Of a DNA stretch of 64,000 nucleotides, positions 57,279-64,000 are shown one piece after another. The notes under the pieces are model-generated. The model saw only the letters and a list, made by a program, of their open reading frames with translations. It did not search any database and was not told where the DNA came from. Source of the stretch: Deltaproteobacteria bacterium (GTDB lineage Bacteria; Myxococcota_A; Polyangia; Polyangiales; Houyiibacteriaceae). The DNA is taken from assembly GCA_034670305.1 (NCBI GenBank), contig JAXMNT010000018.1:32001-96000 (forward strand), in the 5' to 3' direction. The position numbers and the translations under genes are program-made. Within the stretch, counting starts at the first letter, position 1. Each line of letters begins with the position of its first letter.

Positions 57279-59414
57279 TCAGTAGCCGATGCGCGCTGCC
57301 GCTTTCGAGAGCCGTGCCGCTACGTGGTCCCAAGGATCGTCTTCCGCCCGCTTGAAGGCAACTGCCATCGCTTCCGCTGCCGCCGCGAGTTCGGGCATCT
57401 CACCCTTGTACGTTGAAGCGAGGCGCTGAAGCTTGCCCACCGGCGCCTTCCCAATGACGTCGTGTGCCGCCTTCCGATGCTCGCGGAGCAAGCTGCTGAT
57501 GACCTGCGCGTGTGCTGCCGCGTCGATGAGTGTGAGGAGCGGTTGTTCCTTCCTCTTGTGCTCGCGGAGCTGGCGCAGGTGGACCAGGGTCGTTTCGGCC
57601 TTCTTCCGTTCTCCTCGCGCAGCTTGGATTCGAGCCAGATGCCGACGCAGGCCATGCGCGGGATACGGCTTGTCGTCATCGGTCACCCAATCGAGCGCGT
57701 CGAGCTTCGCTCGGTCCACTGCAGCGCCCAGCTCTTCGAGATCGCCCGACGGGTTCTCCAGCATGTGAGCCACCAGTCGGGCCCAGTGCAGCGCACCGAA
57801 GCCCTGAGGGATGCCCGTGAGCCGGTTGACCTCATCGGCGATGGCAGTGTGGCTCGGGTCAACACCGAGTGCGGTCGCCAGGTGCGCCAGTGCGCAATCG
57901 AAGTCGCCGGCGTACGTCTCGAGCTGGGCGCGGTATTGATGCTGCTGGGCGACGTCGTGGGGTGCGTCGAACTCCGCGAGTGCTGCTTCACTCAGCGCTC
58001 TCGCTTTGGCGAAGGCCTCCGGCTCACGGAGCCCCCGGTACATCTCGGCTTGCATCGCGGTTCCCAGCGCTCGCGCACGTTGGTCGGAGCCGACCTCCTC
58101 AGGGAAGACTTCCGGTAGGAGGGTGTTGAAGAGGCTGCCAAGCTCGCCGTAGTAGTCCGCGACCAAGCGGGCCCGCCGCGACGCCACCTCGTGCTCGAAG
58201 CAATCGGTGAGGTGGACTGCTTGGTGGGTGAGCGCGTCGAGGATCGGCTCGGCGTGCTCCCAGCGTCCCCCGAGTTCGTGGACAGCGTCGTCGATCGCTT
58301 TGCACGCTTCGCGCGCGGTCTTTGGCTCGCCTGCATGGTTGGCGGCAGTCAGGTCGTATCTGTGTACGACCAATCGATGCGCCGCGAGTGCCGGGTCGCG
58401 TTCAGGCACCCACTTCTGCAATGGCTTCATCACGTCCTTCTGAATCCACTGGATCAGCTGTTTCGCGAGGACCGAATCGCGGCGCTCCTCGGCGACCGAG
58501 TGGAGCCAATCCTCGAGAGCACGAAGCTGAATGCGTCGAGACGCCGCCGGCAACATGCCGAGCTGTTCGAGGAGTTTCGCCCGCAAGCTGCTGAGTCGCC
58601 GGCGGGGTTCGTCCATGAGTCGATCCGCGACGAGCTCTTCCCCGACTGCACGTAGTGCAAGTCCTACGGCGCCTTCTTCCGCTGCGGCGCGGGCACGTCG
58701 TTCCACGTCGACCGAAGCCACGCTGACGTCGTACTCACCAAACGCACTACGAACGGTGCGCTTGGCGGACTCGCCCAGTCTATAGTACCCATCATGGCTC
58801 GCGTTGCTCAGAACGTCGCAGATCTGGAGCCGCCGATCAGTGCGACCAGATCCCAGCTCCACACCCTCAACTTGCCAGAGTGCCGATGTCGCCGCGTGGC
58901 CGCGGCGGGCACTGACGTCGCCGAGTCGGCTACGAACGGCTGAGAGGTATCGGTTGCGCTCGATCTGAACTCCGCCCTTCACCATGTAGCGCGCGGCGAA
59001 GAGTCTGAGTGTGACCTGCTCTCCGCTTACCGATGGCGCGAGCCGTTCGAAGATCCGCGCACAGAGTTCCGCGACCAGCGTGACGTAGGTGTTGGAGATC
59101 GAGTCTTCGGCCAGGCGCTCGCGGTTCTCGAAACGGACGGGCTGCCAACCCAGCTCCACGACACCGTTGGCGACCTCAGTGGCGAGCGTGTCGTAGCGTT
59201 CACCACGGCCGAGTTCCGTCGCGTGTAGCAGCTTCTCGAGAGTGCTGCCGTTCGCGCCTGTTGCAGCACGGAGGAGTGCTTCCGCCCGCTTCTCGGTCAC
59301 GTGACCGGCCGGGCCGAAGAAGCCGACCAACTGACTCGCGAACGGGACGTCTCCGTCTCTCTCTCCCTCTTCGAACTTCCCGCTCTCGTCCAAGCACAAC
59401 TGATAGGTCTTCAT
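57279..59414 (-). CDS. DUF3800-like (RNase H fold) domain fused to a long TPR-like helical region
   Basis: N-terminal YQLCLDESG...RLQICDVLSN; about 470 aa helical C-terminus (RARALGTAMQAEMY, HQYRAQLETYAG); alternative start 59441. Confidence 0.75.
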   Translation of the reverse strand: MKTYQLCLDESGKFEEGERDGDVPFASQLVGFFGPAGHVTEKRAEALLRAATGANGSTLEKLLHATELGRGERYDTLATEVANGVVELGWQPVRFENRERLAEDSISNTYVTLVAELCARIFERLAPSVSGEQVTLRLFAARYMVKGGVQIERNRYLSAVRSRLGDVSARRGHAATSALWQVEGVELGSGRTDRRLQICDVLSNASHDGYYRLGESAKRTVRSAFGEYDVSVASVDVERRARAAAEEGAVGLALRAVGEELVADRLMDEPRRRLSSLRAKLLEQLGMLPAASRRIQLRALEDWLHSVAEERRDSVLAKQLIQWIQKDVMKPLQKWVPERDPALAAHRLVVHRYDLTAANHAGEPKTAREACKAIDDAVHELGGRWEHAEPILDALTHQAVHLTDCFEHEVASRRARLVADYYGELGSLFNTLLPEVFPEEVGSDQRARALGTAMQAEMYRGLREPEAFAKARALSEAALAEFDAPHDVAQQHQYRAQLETYAGDFDCALAHLATALGVDPSHTAIADEVNRLTGIPQGFGALHWARLVAHMLENPSGDLEELGAAVDRAKLDALDWVTDDDKPYPAHGLRRHLARIQAARGERKKAETTLVHLRQLREHKRKEQPLLTLIDAAAHAQVISSLLREHRKAAHDVIGKAPVGKLQRLASTYKGEMPELAAAAEAMAVAFKRAEDDPWDHVAARLSKAAARIGY

Positions 59415-59545
59415 GTCGTCCCCCGCTTCGTTCCATTGCATGGCGCGTAGGCCTCGGCCTTGTGCCGGCCAGCCCCTCGCGCGACTACCCCAACGCGTAG
59501 GCTAGTACGCGGGCTCCTTGAACTGGAGGCGTCCGACTCGTGAGG

Positions 59546-59574
59546 TGTCAGGTCTTGATTCGCAGAACGTCTAC
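59546..59574 (+). promoter_or_regulatory. ECF41-like promoter, near-leaderless
   Basis: TGTCAG-N16-CGTCTAC-N5-ATG. Confidence 0.55.
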
Positions 59575-59579
59575 TCGGC

Positions 59580-61124
59580 ATGGACATGACCCCACTCGCC
59601 CAGCTCTTCTCTCACCTCGTCGTGGGGCCCGCGCTCGGTTCGGGCGGGGCTTCGCCGATCCGGTTCTTTCCGCTCGTCTCGGCCGGTGCATCGGCGCGCA
59701 CGCCGGTCGCGCTCACGTTCTCGGAAGCGGTCGCACGAGGGGCCACGGCGCGCGAACTCGCGGACAATCCGAAGGTTGGGTTCATCGCGCTTCACAATCC
59801 GCTGCCGGTGCCGGTCGTCCTCTTCCAGGGCGACCTGGTGGTGGGGTGCAAGCAGGATCGCATTGCGGTCCACACCGTGGTGGTGCCTCCGAACGGCACC
59901 CTGGAGGTCGAGGTGTGCTGCGTGGAAGCCGGGCGCTGGCAGGACGAGCGTCGCGACGAACGCTTCGACGTGAGCGACTTCTCCGCGCCGGGTTCGATGC
60001 TCCGCACGATGAAGACCCATGTACGTGCGAAGGAGCCGGGCGCTCGACAGCAGCGCGTCTGGAAAGACGTCGCGGAGATCGTCTCGGAGACCCGGACCCG
60101 TACGTCGACCGGGACCCTCACCTCGTCGTTCGAGCTGCTCGGCGTCCCGATCGAAACGCTTCTCGAAGGCGTGGAGCCAGTGGTCGACCAGGTCGGGGTG
60201 GTCGTCGCGATCGGCGACCGCATCGAACACATCGTCGTCGTCGATGCCCCAGCGACCTACGCGCACTTGCACCGACGGCTCGCACGCGGTCACGCGCTCG
60301 ACGTGCTTCGTCGTCCCCAACGTCCATGCAGTGTCACCGCGCCCGAGGTCACCGAAGTCCTCGCCTGTGCCGGCGCCTCGCCGATGTCGGTCGATCAGGA
60401 CCAGTCCCGTCTGCGCACCGACGACCCGCTGCCATCTCACGGCAAAGACTCTCGGCGGATCCGCTTCGAAGGCGACGCGACCACGCACGCGGGCACGTTC
60501 GTACACGTCAGTCTGCACACGCCCACCCGCGAGAGCCTCTCCGAGCGTGGCTTCCGAGTGCGCACGTCGATGACCGATCCAATCGGCGTCGGCTGGATCG
60601 ACCTCGCTGGGCTCATCGGTTCGCAGTCCGAACGCAAAGGCCGCCTCGGCCTCACCTTTGCGCCGGGCAAACGCGCGTCGAGCCTGTCTGGAACCAGTTG
60701 GGTCCGTGACCTCGAGCTCGACCTTCTCCGACTGCGCCACGCCCACCACGTCGAACACCTGGTGTGCCTCGTGACCGACCGAGAGCTGCGCGCGCTGCAC
60801 ATGGGCGGCTACATCGAAGCCGTCCGCCGCCACGGCGTGACACTGCACCGGCTCCCGATCGTCGATGGCCGCGTTCCGTGCAACCTCGATGCGTTGCGTG
60901 CCGTGCTCACAGAGCTCGCCGACATACTCCGCGCGGGTGGGACCGTGGTCGCGCACTGTCGGGGAGGCCTCGGTCGTGCTGGCACCTTCGGCGCGTGCCT
61001 CGCGATGCAACTCGGCGCGAGTGGACCCGAAGCGCTCGACCTTGTGCGTGCGGCCCGCGGCCACAACTGCCCCGAGAACGAAACGCAGCGCCGGTTCGTA
61101 CTCGACTTCGCCACCGCGGCGTGA
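59580..61124 (+). CDS. ARPP-1 (DUF6569) domain fused to CDKN3-like/dual-specificity CX5R phosphatase
   Basis: GDLVVGCKQDRI..VCCVEAGRW..QQRVW; GRLGLTFAPGK, RDLELDL, LPIVDG, HCRGGLGRAGT, ENETQ. Confidence 0.88.
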   Translation: MDMTPLAQLFSHLVVGPALGSGGASPIRFFPLVSAGASARTPVALTFSEAVARGATARELADNPKVGFIALHNPLPVPVVLFQGDLVVGCKQDRIAVHTVVVPPNGTLEVEVCCVEAGRWQDERRDERFDVSDFSAPGSMLRTMKTHVRAKEPGARQQRVWKDVAEIVSETRTRTSTGTLTSSFELLGVPIETLLEGVEPVVDQVGVVVAIGDRIEHIVVVDAPATYAHLHRRLARGHALDVLRRPQRPCSVTAPEVTEVLACAGASPMSVDQDQSRLRTDDPLPSHGKDSRRIRFEGDATTHAGTFVHVSLHTPTRESLSERGFRVRTSMTDPIGVGWIDLAGLIGSQSERKGRLGLTFAPGKRASSLSGTSWVRDLELDLLRLRHAHHVEHLVCLVTDRELRALHMGGYIEAVRRHGVTLHRLPIVDGRVPCNLDALRAVLTELADILRAGGTVVAHCRGGLGRAGTFGACLAMQLGASGPEALDLVRAARGHNCPENETQRRFVLDFATAA

Positions 61125-61156
61125 CCGGGACGCTCGGCCACTTTCGCAGCGCGAGT

Positions 61157-61186
61157 TGTCAGAAAGAAGTGGCCGCAGACGTCTAC
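61157..61186 (+). promoter_or_regulatory. ECF41-like promoter, near-leaderless
   Basis: TGTCAG-N17-CGTCTAC-N5-ATG. Confidence 0.5.
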
Positions 61187-61191
61187 CCAAC

Positions 61192-61353
61192 ATGGACGCC
61201 GCACCCCTTCCGCCTGCCGACGAACCTCCCGTCTGCGTACAACCCCACACCGACCGCGACGACGAGGACCGCCGCAGACCCGGTCGTTGCCGAGACTGCG
61301 ACGCCCCCGCGATTCCGGGCGACTGGCGCTGCTACTCCTGCGCCGGCGACTGA
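61192..61353 (+). CDS. 53-aa putative zinc-ribbon protein
   Basis: CRDC-x10-CYSC; same promoter architecture as the ARPP-1 gene. Confidence 0.5.
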   Translation: MDAAPLPPADEPPVCVQPHTDRDDEDRRRPGRCRDCDAPAIPGDWRCYSCAGD

Positions 61354-61366
61354 GACGGCTGAGTTG

Positions 61367-62209
61367 TCACCGGCCACCCAGTCGAAGCCGCATCAGTTGT
61401 CCACGATCGAAGCAGAGCAGTGAGCCGTCCTTGTCGAATAGGATCGGGGAACCGTCCCCATTCGTCTCCCAGGTGCCCAGAACTGAACCATCGAGAGCGG
61501 ATCGAAACTGAATCTGTCGTTCACACTCGAGCGCGAAGACTTCGCCGGTCTGGTTCACCGCGAATGCGCGGACCGGAGTTTCGGCAATGTGATGGCGACG
61601 GATGCGGCGACCGCCGACCCACACGTTCAGCCACCCGTTTCGTTCGAGCGTGAAGGTCTCGTCGGAATTCGGGGGCGCGACGACTGTATCCACCGTGCTC
61701 GAGTGACCTGAAGCGAAAGGCGCGACCGCTCCGGTCGCCAGGTCTACGCCAAACACGGTCTCGTGCGTCCCCCCGACCAGCACCCTTCCTCCATCCTGCG
61801 CAAGCGCGCCCGACCACTGAGTGTCCATGGTGGTTCCACACAACTGGGTGAGCTCGAAGCTGGGAAGTTCGATACGGAAGATGCCGTGATATCGCGTGAC
61901 GACGAGGACGGCGCCTGGAATAGCGACCAGACTCTCTGGACCCGCCCCCTCGTGGACTGGGACACCCTGGTCACGCGGACCCGGCACGTCGATGACTCCA
62001 CGGTACTCTCCCATCTCGTCCCAAATCTCCACCTTGCCGTCCCATTTTCCAATAGCGACGAAGCCACTCGTAGAGACGACCAGGGCCGTCGGGCCCTCGG
62101 GACACGACAGCCGGCACTCGGCCCACGTCGCCGAGTCTCCATCGACGGGCCATCGAATGACCGAATCGTCGAATCCAGCCGATACGAACTCGCTCCTGCC
62201 CTCCGACAA
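61367..62209 (-). CDS. WD40-like repeat protein
   Basis: VSAGFDDSVIRW, GKWDGKVEIWD, GHSSTVDTV; start uncertain, may be truncated. Confidence 0.7.
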   Translation of the reverse strand: MSEGRSEFVSAGFDDSVIRWPVDGDSATWAECRLSCPEGPTALVVSTSGFVAIGKWDGKVEIWDEMGEYRGVIDVPGPRDQGVPVHEGAGPESLVAIPGAVLVVTRYHGIFRIELPSFELTQLCGTTMDTQWSGALAQDGGRVLVGGTHETVFGVDLATGAVAPFASGHSSTVDTVVAPPNSDETFTLERNGWLNVWVGGRRIRRHHIAETPVRAFAVNQTGEVFALECERQIQFRSALDGSVLGTWETNGDGSPILFDKDGSLLCFDRGQLMRLRLGGR

Positions 62210-62402
62210 TGCGAGCGCGACCGGTCGAGCGTGTGCAACGTCTTTGTCTGAGCGCGCGAGTACGTCGGAGACCGACCATCTCTCAACCTGCCCACCGAGG
62301 CCCCCCAGTGGGAGCTACGAGCCGACCGCTGTTGCAGTAGTCGGGGAAGATAGCCGCGGTCAGCCCCTCGGCTGTCCAGTATACGGATCCACCCCAACCC
62401 CA

Positions 62403-64000
62403 GTGCGGGTCGAGGTTCCGACGTTCGGGTTCCGTGCCAGCGTCGAGGTGTCACCCGGTCACATCAGTGACGTCCTGCTCCCAGTGCTTACTGCACACCC
62501 TCCGACCGGCGAAGTCGCTGACCACTCGATTCGCATCACGGCGCCCGTTTCGGTCTGTGTGTACGGAATGGTGCACGCCCCAGAGGTTACCGATGCCTTC
62601 CTGGCGCTTCCCACTGCTGGCCTAGGCACCGAGTACGTGGTGCCGAGCTATGGGGGACACATCGCCTTCGGTCGTTCAGACGCGAACCTGACGGTCACGG
62701 CAGCAGAGGATGGAACGACCGTCACCATCGTTCCGTCGGCCGACGTGGATGGCGGGCCGGACACGCCCAACACGATTGAGCGCGCCGGCGACCCCCTCAC
62801 GTTCTCGTTGGACCGAGGAGAGATGATTCACCTGCGGGCGCGCCTGACCGGCGCCACCGGTTCTCTCGCAGAGCACGATCTCACTGGCAGCCTCATCACC
62901 AGCAACAAGCCTGTGGCTGTCTTGAGCGGACACGACTGTGCCGAGGTTCCGAACAACACGCAGGCGTGCGACTACCTTGTGGAGCAGATCCCCTCGACCG
63001 ACGCGCTGGGAGACGACTTCTTGGTGGCGCCCCTCGCCACGCGTGAGGGGTACGAACTGCGCGTTGTGGCCGCACACGATTCGACGGACGTCTCAATCGA
63101 TGGCGCCGTGGTCGCCACACTCGACACCGGAGAGTTCCATTCCATTCTGGTCGAAGTGGAGGGAACCGCGCTTCATGTAGAGACCAGCGAACCCGCACTC
63201 CTCGTCCAGTACTCCCTCGGGCGCCAACACGACAATCGCGACGGCGACCCCTTCATGATGTTGGTGGTCCCGACGAGCCAGTTCGACGACAACGTCCTGG
63301 CGGCGACGGTCCCTTCCGAGGTGATCGTGTTCGACAACTACCTCACCGTGGTCATCGAGGCGACCGAGGCGGGTGGCATGCGGGTTGATGGGTCACCGAT
63401 CGCCGAGCCATTCACCCCCATCGGTTCGACGGGCTACGCCTACGCGCACGTCGCGGTCGCGGACGGCAGCCATCGTCTCGAGCACCTCGGGTACGGCGTC
63501 ACCTTCGGCGCGTACGCGTACGGGTTCGGGAACTTCGACAGCTACGGCTACCCCGCGACGATGCGGCTTTCAGCCCTCGCTGAACCCTGTGTTCCCAGCA
63601 CGACTGTCCCTGGTGACGGAATCGACAACGACTGCGACGGCCTCTACGACGAGGAAGACGACAACGGCGTGGACGATGACGGGGACGGGGCGGACGATGA
63701 AGACCTTTCGTTCGAAGCCTCTGCCACCAACTCCACCCCGCATGCTTACGACGGTTCCCTGTCGACCCGGGAAGACACCGCCATCTCGTTCGTGCTCACG
63801 GGCTTTGACCCTGATGGGGACCCGTTGAGCTACGCGATCGCAAGCTCACCGTCGAACGGCACCCTCACGGGGACACCGTCCACGCTGGCCTACACACCCG
63901 CTCTTGACTACACGGGGACCGACTCCTTCACGTTCACCGTGAGCGACGGATCTCAAGTCTCCGCCGCGGCCACCTTCACCATCGTCGTGGTCCACGAGAA
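62403..64000 (+). CDS. IgGFc-binding-domain surface protein with MopE-like motif and Ig-like (Big_9) repeat; 3' end outside window
   Basis: frame read by hand: DAFLALPTAGLGTEYVVPSY, SNKPVAVLSGHDC, GDPFMMLVVP, SYGYP, GDGIDNDCDG, TREDTAISFVLTGFDPDGDPLSY; start uncertain. Confidence 0.8.
   Translation, partial: MRVEVPTFGFRASVEVSPGHISDVLLPVLTAHPPTGEVADHSIRITAPVSVCVYGMVHAPEVTDAFLALPTAGLGTEYVVPSYGGHIAFGRSDANLTVTAAEDGTTVTIVPSADVDGGPDTPNTIERAGDPLTFSLDRGEMIHLRARLTGATGSLAEHDLTGSLITSNKPVAVLSGHDCAEVPNNTQACDYLVEQIPSTDALGDDFLVAPLATREGYELRVVAAHDSTDVSIDGAVVATLDTGEFHSILVEVEGTALHVETSEPALLVQYSLGRQHDNRDGDPFMMLVVPTSQFDDNVLAATVPSEVIVFDNYLTVVIEATEAGGMRVDGSPIAEPFTPIGSTGYAYAHVAVADGSHRLEHLGYGVTFGAYAYGFGNFDSYGYPATMRLSALAEPCVPSTTVPGDGIDNDCDGLYDEEDDNGVDDDGDGADDEDLSFEASATNSTPHAYDGSLSTREDTAISFVLTGFDPDGDPLSYAIASSPSNGTLTGTPSTLAYTPALDYTGTDSFTFTVSDGSQVSAAATFTIVVVHE

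Larger units (their letters stand above)
57068..64000. mobile_element. edge of an integrative genomic island at tRNA-Gly (continues beyond the window)
   Basis: tRNA 3' fragment starting at the anticodon loop; less GC-biased codons; conflict-type cargo; integrase not in window. Confidence 0.75.

Overview
High-GC (roughly 70% by eye) bacterial chromosome segment, very likely Myxococcota (Polyangia/Sandaracinus-like), judged from MYXO-CTERM tails, Cys-rich surface proteins, three Ser/Thr kinases, an FHA-sigma54 activator and AgmX/PglI-like C-termini. Layout: (1) 0.3-17 kb: two translationally coupled, thioester-less alpha-2-macroglobulin-like genes sharing a GspG-like insert, then Cys-rich lipoproteins and a TSP3-OmpA protein. 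(2) 17-39.6 kb: mixed core genes (Bcr/CflA MFS, LRR, M23, YVTN, CapA, DUF4132-like, kinase plus FHA-EBP, relA/spoT, kinase, beta-helix, SDR) with hexamer microsatellites and REP-like hairpins. (3) 39.7-50.5 kb: a stress-gene cluster (CBS, NtrC-type regulator, Dps, RsbT-like/PAS kinase, DUF1328, OmpA, MscS) with nine sigma54 -24/-12 motifs. Eight of these sit 14-15 nt before the ATG (near-leaderless), and a GnGGC-N5-GCCnC palindrome recurs at fixed distances upstream. (4) 50.6-56.6 kb: TPR protein, GST, kinase, amidohydrolase, second Dps. (5) From 57.0 kb: a tRNA-Gly(GCC) 3' fragment (att site), an integrase relic and the edge of a genomic island carrying a DUF3800/RNase-H-like + TPR gene divergent from an ARPP-1 + CX5R phosphatase gene, a tiny Zn-ribbon ORF, a WD40-like gene and an IgGFc-binding adhesin that runs off the window. 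All domain calls are by-eye motif recognition; no searches were run.
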